Positions 18,027-26,967 of a stretch of 64,000 nucleotides of DNA are shown piece after piece. The notes beneath the pieces are model-generated. The model was not told the origin of the DNA. It made no database searches and worked only from the letters and a program-made list of their open reading frames with translations. The translations under genes and the position numbers were made by a program. The stretch covers positions 1 through 64,000 of the forward strand of contig JAGWLG010000006.1 in the NCBI GenBank assembly GCA_028864975.1, written 5' to 3'. Every line of letters begins with the position of its first letter. The stretch's first letter is position 1. Origin of the DNA: Thermoplasmata archaeon (GTDB lineage Archaea; Thermoplasmatota; Thermoplasmata; Lutacidiplasmatales; UBA184).

Positions 18027-19514
18027 CTACGGTACGGCGGGGGGCCAACCGTCCCACGGGAATCCCTTGGTCCAGAGCGCTCGCAACGCCTCCAAGAGCG
18101 CGGGCGACGAGGGCGCCTCTGGCCAGTAAGCGAGGTCGGCCCCCTGCACGACCGCCTTCTGCAAGCTCTTGCCGAACCCAAGATTGGGGAGCTCTCGCTG
18201 CAACAGCTTGACGGCGTCTCGCGTCGCCCGCCGGACATCGACCTGGAGTCGGCCCTCCGGGGTCACGTAGGGGCCGGCGACCCGCGCCTCGGAGGGGCGG
18301 CCCCATTTGGCGTAGAAGTTCGCAGCTTCGTGTGCACCGACGGGAGGTCCGGGGTGCGGCGTCGTGGGCCCGAGCTCCCGCCGATCGATCTCGACCACGA
18401 TGGCCGCCTCGTGGTCCACGCGGGCGGAAGCTGTGCCGAGCACCTGATATCCCCAGCGCTCGAGCGGTGCGGCGAGAGCCCTCTCACATTTGCGAAGCTG
18501 GGGGTAGATGATGTCGTCCACCAGGTCCGGGGAGGAGAACCGAAGCGCCACCACCTCGGTTCCCCGGGCCTTGAGCTGGGACCTGAGCTCCTCCTCGGAA
18601 GGGACCGGGACCTTCGGGGGGAGGAAGAACTCCCGTCGAGGCTTCTCTCCGTACACCTGGGCGGCCGTGATCAAGAGCCCAAGGTTGCGACGCGAGAGGG
18701 CCGAGGCGACGTTCCGGTGGGCATCCACAGGGTCGGGGAGCACCAACGCGACCTCTTCCGAGACTGAGGGCTCCGGACCGGGCGGGCAGAGGCGTTGAGG
18801 GATCCTCCACCCTCGCGCGTCCCGGAGGCATGCCCCCAGGGAGCCGTACCGCACGATCAGGAGCTCGACCAGGTAGCCTGAGCATCCCTCGGTCCTCGCG
18901 TCGGCCCCGTAGATCCCGAGCGTCTTGAGGAACCTCTTCAACAGACGGATGTGGTCCCGAAGTTCTGGTGTAAGTCGGGGAGAAAGGAAGGCGTGGTGGA
19001 AGGGGGTGCGGTCCACCGCGGTCTGGGGCCGATCGGAGCGCTCGACCTGGTAGCCTGGGACCGCATCCACGGCGAAGCCTGCGTACGTGCCCCGAAGGTA
19101 CGGATGCTCGGCGTACCTCTTTTCGGGCGACTGCAGAAGCGCCCCCGCAAGTTCGAGCCCCTGCCGGGCTAGCTGTTCCCGCGGGATGGAGGGGTCGAAG
19201 AGCATGAAGAGGTCCATGTCGAGCCGTCCCCCCGCCTCGATGGGCAGGTAGGTCTCTCGGGCGGCGCTCCCGGCGACCAGCGCCCGCTTGAGCGGCAGAC
19301 CCCGACGAGCGGCCTCCGCCTGGGCTGCCGCCACCAGGCCCTCGCGAGCCTTGGCGAGCGCCGCTAGCTCCTCGCCCCGCGGTCGGAGGGTCCGTGCGAC
19401 CGCCTCCTCCAGGGGGGTCAGGGGGACGGGGGTCGGGGACAGGGTTGGGGAGGCGTTCCTTCCCGGGGGCCTGCCGTCGCCCTTCTCCACTGCTGACACG
19501 GTCCGAGCGACCAT
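18027..19514 (-). CDS. cca: Archaeal class I CCA-adding enzyme
   Basis: AGSAARETYL, DMDLF, YAEHPY, VDAVP, AVDRTPFH, GCSGYLVELL, DPVDAHRNV; ATG 19514 follows GGAGG. Confidence 0.92.
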   Translation of the reverse strand: MVARTVSAVEKGDGRPPGRNASPTLSPTPVPLTPLEEAVARTLRPRGEELAALAKAREGLVAAAQAEAARRGLPLKRALVAGSAARETYLPIEAGGRLDMDLFMLFDPSIPREQLARQGLELAGALLQSPEKRYAEHPYLRGTYAGFAVDAVPGYQVERSDRPQTAVDRTPFHHAFLSPRLTPELRDHIRLLKRFLKTLGIYGADARTEGCSGYLVELLIVRYGSLGACLRDARGWRIPQRLCPPGPEPSVSEEVALVLPDPVDAHRNVASALSRRNLGLLITAAQVYGEKPRREFFLPPKVPVPSEEELRSQLKARGTEVVALRFSSPDLVDDIIYPQLRKCERALAAPLERWGYQVLGTASARVDHEAAIVVEIDRRELGPTTPHPGPPVGAHEAANFYAKWGRPSEARVAGPYVTPEGRLQVDVRRATRDAVKLLQRELPNLGFGKSLQKAVVQGADLAYWPEAPSSPALLEALRALWTKGFPWDGWPPAVP

Positions 19515-19596
19515 CGTCCTCCCTCTTGAGCCCTCGTGTCGACCGGGACGGTCCGCGTTCAATCATTATGCGCGGCGCTACCGTGGTACTCATGGC

Positions 19597-20685
19597 ATGG
19601 TCGCCGCTCGGACCGCCCCGGCCCTCCCCCCGGGACACCCCACGCTGCTCTACGAGGCGTTGCCCCAGCGGAAGGTCCGCTGTACCGCCTGTGCGCGCTA
19701 CTGCACGATCCCTGAGGGTTCGCACGGGTTCTGTTTCGTTCGTGCCAATCATGCCGGGAAGCTCGAGCTTCTGACCTACGGGATCGTGGCCGCCGTCCAG
19801 GTCGACCCGGTCGAGAAGAAGCCGCTCTCCCACTATCGCCCGGGGACCCGAGTCTTCGGCATCGGAACGCACGGCTGCAACTGGCGCTGCCAGTACTGTC
19901 AGAACTTCGAGATCAGCCAGGACCACGGGATCGAGGGCCGCAAGCTCTCCCCCCAGGAAGCCGTGGAGTGGGCCCTGCGACGCGAGTGCCAGGGGATCAC
20001 GTTCACCTACAACGAGCCGACGATCTTCATCGAGTACGCGGTTGACGTCATCGACGAGGCGCACCGTCACGGCCTCTTCGCGAACTTTGTCACGAACGGT
20101 TACATGACCCCAGAGGCCACGGACCTTCTGCGGGGCAAGCTCGACGCGGTCTCGGTGGACTTCAAGGGGAGCGGCGAGCCGGGCTTCATGCGCAAGTACA
20201 TCCAGGCGAAAGGGCCCGAGCCCATCCTCTCCTCCCTCGAGGCCCTAGCGAAGAACGGAACGCACGTCGAGGTCACGAACCTGATCGTCCCGAAAGTGGG
20301 GGACGACCCTGCAGCGCTGAGGAAGCTCGCGGCCTGGGTGCGCGACCACCTTGGCAGGGAGGTGCCGTTCCATCTCCTTCGCTGGCACCCTGACTACAAG
20401 ATGATGGACCTCCCGGAGACCCCGATCCCGACGCTGGAGAAGCTCCACGCGATCGCGAAGGAGGAGGGACTCGATTACGTCTATCTCGGGAACGTTTGGG
20501 GGCACCCGCTCGAGCACACCTACTGCCCCAAGTGTGGTTCCATCGCCGTGGATCGCTACGGGTTCTACATCCGCTCCTGGAACCTGGACGAACAAAACCG
20601 GTGCAAGGAGTGCCTGCACCCAATCCCCATCGTGGGGCATCTCCCCGGGGAGTACGAGCCCACCTACGTGACCCCGCTCATGTGA
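19597..20685 (+). CDS. AmmeMemoRadiSam system radical SAM enzyme
   Basis: CTACARYC...GFC N-terminus, DPVEKKPL, CNWRCQYCQN, FTYNEP, C-terminal CPKC...CKEC. Confidence 0.9.
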   Translation: MVAARTAPALPPGHPTLLYEALPQRKVRCTACARYCTIPEGSHGFCFVRANHAGKLELLTYGIVAAVQVDPVEKKPLSHYRPGTRVFGIGTHGCNWRCQYCQNFEISQDHGIEGRKLSPQEAVEWALRRECQGITFTYNEPTIFIEYAVDVIDEAHRHGLFANFVTNGYMTPEATDLLRGKLDAVSVDFKGSGEPGFMRKYIQAKGPEPILSSLEALAKNGTHVEVTNLIVPKVGDDPAALRKLAAWVRDHLGREVPFHLLRWHPDYKMMDLPETPIPTLEKLHAIAKEEGLDYVYLGNVWGHPLEHTYCPKCGSIAVDRYGFYIRSWNLDEQNRCKECLHPIPIVGHLPGEYEPTYVTPLM

Positions 20686-20737
20686 AGGCGAAGATCTGGT
20701 ACGAGGTCAGCCGCGGGCGAGGCGTTCCGACCTCCTG

Positions 20738-21841
20738 CTACTTCGTCCCCCAGACCAGGACGTGGATAGGGGCCAGCTCGGCGGAGGTCACTTCGCGCAA
20801 TCCGGCCTTCCGAAGGAAGCTCTCGAACTGGATCGAGGGTAGGAGCTGGTCCCCCAGCACCCCCTCCAGGTACTGGACTCCCGCCATGACGCGACCGGCC
20901 GGGGTACGAAGTTTCTCGATCTCGCCCCAGTCGGGGAACGGGAACTCGCTCACCAAGAGGGTGCCCTTGGGACGCAGGGCCTTCGCCGCGTTGCGGACGA
21001 CCGCCTCCTTGTCCTGGGCCTCATGAAGGGCGATGTTCAGCAGGACGATGTCCGCGGCGGGGACCGGACCTCTCTCGAGCACCGCTTGACCCAGCGTGAC
21101 GCGCGAGGAGAGTCCCGCTCGCTCGACCGCCTCCTTCGCGGCCTTGAGGCTCTTCTCGTCCCCCTCGATCCCCTGGAACTTGACGTTCGGGAAGGCTTGG
21201 GCCATTCGGACAAGCCCGCTCCCTCGGCCACAGGCCAGCTCGACGAACGTGACGGGGGTCGTTCCCGAGAGACGCTCGAGCAGACCTGGGACCCGAGCGA
21301 ACCCTTTGCGGAGGAGGCGGGTGTAGAAGGTCCGAGAGCTGTCCGCTTGGGCCGCGGGGAGCTCCGGAGGGAATTGGTCCCACCAAGAGTTCTCGCCGTC
21401 GGACAGGTGCTCGTGGAGGAAGCTCCAGGTCGAGCGCAGGGCCCCGAGGAAGACCGCGGTGCCCCCGAAGTAGACCGGGCTGTCCGGTTCGAGGAGCGGG
21501 GCTTTGAGGCCCTCGGCAAGGTAGAACTTCCCTTCCTTGTATTCCACGTACTCCGCGCTGTAGGCCGCGTTGCACCAGACCGTCACGTAGAGGCGGTCAA
21601 GGTCGAGCTCTCGCGCCAGGAACTCGGCCGAGAGCCCTTCAGGATGCTTCGACAACACCTCGAAGAGCCGGTGGCGGAGACCGAGGTCGAGCGTCCAGAC
21701 CGCGAAGAACCCTGCCGCGTGGTCCTGGAGTCGCAGCAGCTGTCGGCTGGTGGCTTCCTTCTCTTGAGGGGTCGGGCCGGCACCGGAGGTTTCGTTGGTG
21801 GAGACTGGGGTCACGGAGGACGGGGGAGCGGCCATCGACAT
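20738..21841 (-). CDS. Class I SAM-dependent methyltransferase with N-terminal winged-helix domain
   Basis: VELACGRG motif I, 'GIE', 'LHEA', N-terminal 'GLRHRLFEVL...ELARELDL..YVTVW'. Confidence 0.8.
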   Translation of the reverse strand: MSMAAPPSSVTPVSTNETSGAGPTPQEKEATSRQLLRLQDHAAGFFAVWTLDLGLRHRLFEVLSKHPEGLSAEFLARELDLDRLYVTVWCNAAYSAEYVEYKEGKFYLAEGLKAPLLEPDSPVYFGGTAVFLGALRSTWSFLHEHLSDGENSWWDQFPPELPAAQADSSRTFYTRLLRKGFARVPGLLERLSGTTPVTFVELACGRGSGLVRMAQAFPNVKFQGIEGDEKSLKAAKEAVERAGLSSRVTLGQAVLERGPVPAADIVLLNIALHEAQDKEAVVRNAAKALRPKGTLLVSEFPFPDWGEIEKLRTPAGRVMAGVQYLEGVLGDQLLPSIQFESFLRKAGLREVTSAELAPIHVLVWGTK

Positions 21842-22071
21842 CGGGAGCTGATGCCCTCTATAAGGTGGGGAGGAGAAATGAGGCTCCACGAGCGAGGATG
21901 CGACGAGCGATCCACGAGGCCAACATCTCGACGGTGCGGCATGGCCATGCTTACGGAAAGGTGACGACCTGCCGAAGGGAACCCTCCCAGGTCACGAGCT
22001 ATCCAATAGCACGGTCTCTCCGTCGCCCGGGACCACGTTTATATTCCGACGCCGGCCATGATATCTTAGAG

Positions 22072-22743
22072 ATGGGGCAGAAGGTCCCCGTGAGCATCTC
22101 GGGTGCTCGTCGGGTATCCCTCAAAGGCCCACTGGCGCTGGAAAACGTGGGGCTCAAGACGACTCCCAAGGCCAAGGTCCCCGAGACCCGGGCCGAGCTT
22201 CCCCCGATGAGCGCCAGTGCAGCGGCCGTCGACCTGCCGTCGCTCTCTCGGGCCATCCGACGGGCGGTCGGCCACGACGGGATGCGAAGGGAGGACGCGG
22301 ACGCGATCGCCGGGCACATCCTCAACTTCTTCGGGTTCAACGAGCGGATCATCGACAACGTTCTGGAACCCGATGACCGGGACACGTTCTACATGCTCGA
22401 GGACTCGGGCATCCTGGAGACCGAGAGGGACGAGACGACCCTGTACGACGGCCGCGAGTGGCGGATCCACTACTGGATGTTCCGGAAGGAACGGATCCTC
22501 CAGCTGGCCAAGGAGGAGGCCGAGGCGAGTCCCGCCGAGGCCGAGGAGGAGAAGCTCGTGAGGGCCCCCCGTATGCCTCAGCTGCCTCCGGTCATCGTTC
22601 CCACGGCCGATTCGTCGGTCTACCACCACCTCTCGGACGAGGCGTGGGGGAAGCACCCGAACGAGGGCGAGGAAGAGGCCGAGGCGCCTCCGCTCGCCCT
22701 ACCGAACTCGCGGTTCCAGCGCGGTCCCAGCAGTCCGACCTGA
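22072..22743 (+). CDS. DUF6015-like conserved Thermoplasmata protein
   Basis: 'HILNFFGFNERIIDNVLEPDDRDTFYMLED...ETTLYDGREWRIHYW' recognised from memory; TATA-like TTTATATT near 22038; start uncertain. Confidence 0.65.
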   Translation: MGQKVPVSISGARRVSLKGPLALENVGLKTTPKAKVPETRAELPPMSASAAAVDLPSLSRAIRRAVGHDGMRREDADAIAGHILNFFGFNERIIDNVLEPDDRDTFYMLEDSGILETERDETTLYDGREWRIHYWMFRKERILQLAKEEAEASPAEAEEEKLVRAPRMPQLPPVIVPTADSSVYHHLSDEAWGKHPNEGEEEAEAPPLALPNSRFQRGPSSPT

Positions 22744-22796
22744 GAACTCCCCCTGCGGGGGCATGGTCGGGGCCACGATCTGCTCCTCGCGGGCAC

Positions 22797-23513
22797 ATGT
22801 CCCGACGGCCCCGCCCGACCCCCCCCGGAGCTCAAGTAGCGGCCCGTACTCGTCAGACCGTGCGCAGGGTCCTTCTCCTGGTCCACCGGGTCCCGGTCGA
22901 CGGGGCGTTCACGTTGAACGACCTCGCGGGCACGGGAGGGCGGCTGGACGAGGTCGCCTCGGTCGTGGCCGCGACCTTCCTCGTCTCGAACGGGCTTCGA
23001 CGCGACTGCGAGCTCACGCTCCTTCTCTCGCAGGACCCCGCCCGGGCGCGGAAGGTGCGGATGGAGGGTCGACGGCTCAAGTTCCTGAACCCCGACGAGC
23101 GTTCGACCGCTGCGCTCCTCAAGAACGCGCTGGTCCGCAGCTGGACCCGTCCCACCGACGAGATGGAGACCACCCCAGGGATCTTCGTGGGGCCCTGCCG
23201 GCCGGAGGAGGACCTGAAGGCATTCCTGGGCCGACCGGGTACCTTCTGGGCGACGGAGTCGGGCGAGCCCTTGCGGGCCGCCTCCCTCGAGCCGGGGGAG
23301 ACGGGTTTCGTCCTCAGCGACCCTTGGGACCCGACCGACCAGGAACGGGGGCTTCTCGAGGCGTCCGGGGTCCCCCGTATCGCGGTCGGACCGCGCTCTC
23401 TCCGCTCCTCCCAGTGTGTGGTGCTCTTCCAGAACGAGCTCGATCTTCGAGAGGCTGCTCAGAAGGCGAGCGGACCGTCCGCCGCCGGGGCTTCCACGCC
23501 CTTAGGCGGATAG
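22797..23513 (+). CDS. trmY: tRNA (pseudouridine54-N1)-methyltransferase (SPOUT)
   Basis: FTLNDLAGTGGRLD, FLVSNGLRRD, LNPDERSTAALL, FVLSD, VGPRSL..SQCVV. Confidence 0.88.
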   Translation: MSRRPRPTPPGAQVAARTRQTVRRVLLLVHRVPVDGAFTLNDLAGTGGRLDEVASVVAATFLVSNGLRRDCELTLLLSQDPARARKVRMEGRRLKFLNPDERSTAALLKNALVRSWTRPTDEMETTPGIFVGPCRPEEDLKAFLGRPGTFWATESGEPLRAASLEPGETGFVLSDPWDPTDQERGLLEASGVPRIAVGPRSLRSSQCVVLFQNELDLREAAQKASGPSAAGASTPLGG

Positions 23514-24530
23514 CGCCTTTTCCAGCGTCCTTCGCTCGAGCCCGCCGACAACGGCGGTCAGGCGGACACGGTCCCAACGCTCCGGGTGGGTCCGGAACCC
23601 CGGGGTGAGCTCGAGAGGCTCATGGAGCTCGCTCCGGAACCTTTCGACGATGCGGTGATACGCTCCAAAGGTGAGGTCGCTGCCCCCTTCGACAAAGAGG
23701 ATTGTCGGCCCGGCCCGCCCGGAGAGCTCGAAGTCGAGCAGCCCCTCGGTCAGGGCCTGTTGGACCAGGGCATCAGGGTCGGCGGGATGCCCTTCGGCAA
23801 AGAGCAGGGTGGAGAGGCCCCCCCCTTCGAAGAGCCTGCGGACGTGGGCCAGGTCCACGTTCATCTCCGAGGGGTGCCGGACCATGTCGACCAGTCCGGA
23901 GACGAGGGCACGAAGGTAGGAGTTCCGGTAGTGGAAGACCTGCTTGATTGGCAGACGATCGAACCGGCGGAGCCGCTCGTTCGCGAAGACGAGAAGGGCG
24001 CCCCCGTTCGCCTGCAGCTCCTCGAGCGCCTTGGCCGTGTTCTCGCGGATCCGAGCGCTGGTCGCGAGCTCGGCGTGGAACGGGAGGAAGACCCCCGTTA
24101 CCGGCAACGCCCCCACCTGTCGGGTGAGGGACAGGCACAACGGAGCGAGAGCGCTTCCCGTTCCTCCCCCAAGCCCCGCCAGCAGGAAGATGAGGTCGTA
24201 CTGTCGGAACCGAGCCAGGAGGTCCTCTCGGAACTCCCCGATGCCCGCGAGCACCGCCTCGCGGTTCCCCCCACTGCCCCTCCCTGCCAGGGAGGGTTGG
24301 GCCACGAGCACCCGGCGATGGGCCCGGGCGCTCATGAGATGATGCCCATCCGTGTTCACGGCGAGGGTCTCGACCCCCGGGATCTGTTGGTCGAAGAGGT
24401 CCGTGACCGCTTCCGAGCCGGCCCCCCCGAGGCCGGCAACGAGGGCACGCGGGGCCCTGGCCAGTTCGTTCCACGGGAACTTGAGGTCCAGCGCAGAGCT
24501 GGGAAGCGGGCGGCTCGTCTCCTCCCCCAT
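23502..24530 (-). CDS. ftsZ: Divergent FtsZ (FtsZ2-like)
   Basis: GLGGAGSEAV, AVNTD, GRGSGGN, AGLGGGTGS, PFHAE, NERL; T7 loop reads NVDLAH. Confidence 0.85.
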   Translation of the reverse strand: MGEETSRPLPSSALDLKFPWNELARAPRALVAGLGGAGSEAVTDLFDQQIPGVETLAVNTDGHHLMSARAHRRVLVAQPSLAGRGSGGNREAVLAGIGEFREDLLARFRQYDLIFLLAGLGGGTGSALAPLCLSLTRQVGALPVTGVFLPFHAELATSARIRENTAKALEELQANGGALLVFANERLRRFDRLPIKQVFHYRNSYLRALVSGLVDMVRHPSEMNVDLAHVRRLFEGGGLSTLLFAEGHPADPDALVQQALTEGLLDFELSGRAGPTILFVEGGSDLTFGAYHRIVERFRSELHEPLELTPGFRTHPERWDRVRLTAVVGGLERRTLEKALSA

Positions 24531-24576
24531 GGTCTTCCCTCCGTGGAACCCCCGGTCCGGCGGGTCCCGATCCGAC

Positions 24577-24957
24577 CTACCCGCCCTCGGTCACGAGCCC
24601 GTCCCCTTCAGGAGAGGCTCCTCGGTGCGAGCTGCCTCCACCTGGGCCGGAGTGGCGGCCGAGCTGTTCCAGCTTGCTTCGAACGTACTCCCGGACGGCG
24701 GTCCGGATGGCATCTTCCATGTCGACGTTCACGCCCTCGTCGGCGAGCTCCTTCAACTGGAGGTAGTCATGATGCGGGATGGAAACGACGGTCTTTCGCG
24801 CGCGAGTCGTGGGAAGTTGCACTTGGATGTACTCCTCGAGCGCCGCCCTGATCGTGTCCGAAATGGTCTGGTGACCCAGGTTCTCTTGGATCCGCTTGAG
24901 GCCGTCCACAAGCTCCTGGGGGATGCGGACCGTTACCCGCTCCGACGTATCGGGCAT
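24577..24957 (-). CDS. Tandem ribbon-helix-helix regulator, CdrS-like
   Basis: 'ERVTVRIPQELV...SDTIRAALEEY' and a second unit 'KTVVSIP...EDAIRTAVREY'; directly upstream of ftsZ. Confidence 0.8.
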   Translation of the reverse strand: MPDTSERVTVRIPQELVDGLKRIQENLGHQTISDTIRAALEEYIQVQLPTTRARKTVVSIPHHDYLQLKELADEGVNVDMEDAIRTAVREYVRSKLEQLGRHSGPGGGSSHRGASPEGDGLVTEGG

Positions 24958-25054
24958 GGTCGTCTGACACTCGTCGGACAGATACATGTGGGTTCGAGGT
25001 GATAAGGATTTTCTTTGCGCGGTCGCGCACCACGCACGCTCGAAAGCGCAGCCG

Positions 25055-25097
25055 CCCCCGGGGGTTGCCCCCCGAGGGGGGAAAAAAGAGCGAAAAA
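25055..25097 (-). terminator. Oligo-T tracts with adjacent GC hairpins downstream of the membrane gene
   Basis: Minus strand reads TTTTT and TTTTTT (plus A-runs at 25093-97 and 25082-87), then C6-TC-G6 and the palindrome CCCCCGGGGG. Confidence 0.5.
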
Positions 25098-25129
25098 GGG
25101 GTTGCGACGGCCCGTCCCAGGGGCTCCGC

Positions 25130-25714
25130 TTACGCGGAGTCCTGGGTCGAGTGGACCATCTGCGGCAGCGCGGCGAAGCCGGTCACCACCAACGCCGACA
25201 TGGCGTGGGTGGTTGCTCCGGCGGTCCAGAACAGCGCTGCGAGGATGATGCCAACGAAGGCGGTCATCCAAGCCGCGCGCGTCGCCGGGAACTCGCCGGT
25301 CTTGGTCTCATGAGCCACGGTCATGAGGTAACCGAAGACCAGCACGATCCAGGTGACGACCGCCGAGGCCCCGATCAGCGACGCGTTGGCCGTGGACAGG
25401 GTCATCAGCGACCCGAGGAAGTAGTACACGGCCGAGGCGCCCGTCAGGGCGGCGACGGTCGTATACCGGGGAAGCCCCTTCAAGCGGTGCGGGGCCTCCT
25501 GGTCGTGGACGATGTACCCAAGGATCGCGGTCAACCCGGTGGCCAGCGCGATGATCCCGAACGCCGGCGGCAGCAGGTTCGGAAGGGACGCCAAGAGCCC
25601 GATCCCCGCGAGGAGGGTCAGGAGGGTGGCATACTTCGTGAGACCTGCGAGCCGCAGCGTGGCGACCTCGGCATGCGCCGGTGGGAAGGCCGATGATACA
25701 ACTGGAGTCTGCAT
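25130..25714 (-). CDS. Hypothetical 6-TM membrane protein
   Basis: Six hydrophobic helices; SD GGGGTGA about 10 nt before ATG 25714. Confidence 0.7.
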   Translation of the reverse strand: MQTPVVSSAFPPAHAEVATLRLAGLTKYATLLTLLAGIGLLASLPNLLPPAFGIIALATGLTAILGYIVHDQEAPHRLKGLPRYTTVAALTGASAVYYFLGSLMTLSTANASLIGASAVVTWIVLVFGYLMTVAHETKTGEFPATRAAWMTAFVGIILAALFWTAGATTHAMSALVVTGFAALPQMVHSTQDSA

Positions 25715-25904
25715 AACTTGCAATCACCCCCTCTCCCCGAGGGGAGTCTTCACGGGCCTCCCAGAGGAAGGACCTCCAGGAGGGCCCGGAAAGCGGTAAC
25801 TTCCCACTTCACCTCGCGGGGGGGTTAACGTCTCCCGTATCGACGGGGGTAGGTGCTACCCCGCCGTCCGAACGCCGCTCGAGGGACCCCGCCCCGGGCC
25901 CATC

Positions 25905-26765
25905 TTAGGCCGATAGGGGGGGCGGTGCTTGCGCGTGGAGTTGTTCGCTTCCCCGCTCCAGAAGGGTGAGGTCCGCCGCAGAGAGGGAGCCCGGGTCGAC
26001 CGAGAATAGGACCGCCCCGCGCGACTCCAGTGCCAGGTCCCGGACCAGGTCGAGGAGACGACGTACGTTCCGGGCGTTCGTCGATTCGACCACGGTCTCC
26101 AGCCCGGGCAGCACGACCGCCCTTCCCTTGCCCTTCGAGAAGTGGATCGAGATCATGTCGCCTAGCTTGTCGACGTCCGCGGGGGAGACGATGTGTTCTC
26201 CCTCCATGCGCGAGACCTTGTAGATGGTCGCGCCCGCGAGCCGCGGGTCGCGAAGGAGGGCGTCGCGGCTCCCCTGGGTGAAGAGGAGCAAGCGCGTCGG
26301 GTCGATCGAGGTCTTCCGGACCAGCCCCCAGACGTCCTCTTCCTGGTAGGTCTCCAGGGAGGAAAGGGGCACAGAGAGCGACCATGTCCACGGCGTCTTC
26401 GATCGCATGCGACTCGCGGCTTCAGGGGAGGGCGAGACGGTCCCGCTTCGCGGCGCCGGAGCTTCGGACTTTGTGGCCGACGCCGGGCGGGAAGTTCCGA
26501 CCTTGGGTGGAGCGGCTCGAGGTGACGGGATCGCCCCGGGGCCCGAGTGAACGGGAGCGTTTTCGTCGGACCGCCTGGTCAGGGCGATCACGGAGGCGAT
26601 CCCCGCGACCGCCCCAACCCCGATGGCCAGCAGCCCTCCCTCGAGGTCGAGCGATCCCAAGCCCCAGAGCACGACCATGAAGCCCCCCGCGACCACTGCG
26701 AATGAGGAGGCTCCGAGCACCGCTCGTCGAGGAGAGGAGGGTGCATCGTCCCCGCGGGGGGTCAT
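25905..26765 (-). CDS. Membrane-anchored DUF835 domain protein
   Basis: Two TM helices, a Pro/Ser linker, then 'VVLPGLETVV...RRLLDLVRDLA...LFSVDPGSL...LLER' typical of DUF835. Confidence 0.7.
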   Translation of the reverse strand: MTPRGDDAPSSPRRAVLGASSFAVVAGGFMVVLWGLGSLDLEGGLLAIGVGAVAGIASVIALTRRSDENAPVHSGPGAIPSPRAAPPKVGTSRPASATKSEAPAPRSGTVSPSPEAASRMRSKTPWTWSLSVPLSSLETYQEEDVWGLVRKTSIDPTRLLLFTQGSRDALLRDPRLAGATIYKVSRMEGEHIVSPADVDKLGDMISIHFSKGKGRAVVLPGLETVVESTNARNVRRLLDLVRDLALESRGAVLFSVDPGSLSAADLTLLERGSEQLHAQAPPPLSA

Positions 26766-26967
26766 CGAGGCTTCCACGAACTTCACGGAGATAAGCACGC
26801 CGGCCCGCCGGCGGGAAAGGGAAGGGGGTCGTCGGAGGAAGGTGAGTGGGCCTGCTGAGTGCGACCGGGCTGGCGCGGCACGTCCTCCCCCTACCTGCGT
26901 GGAGGGGGGGACCATCCCCGAGGTAAGGTGCAGGTCCCCGGCCTCACCCACGTCGTTGGGTGAGAGC

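Noticed and set aside
24991-24997. GGTTCGA T-loop-like motif suggesting a tRNA
   Set aside because: No acceptor, D or anticodon stems can be folded around it
25763-25780. GAGGAAGGACC resembling the RNase P RNA 5' P4 motif
   Set aside because: Mismatched to GAGGAAAGUCC, no 3' P4 partner, and the gap is too short
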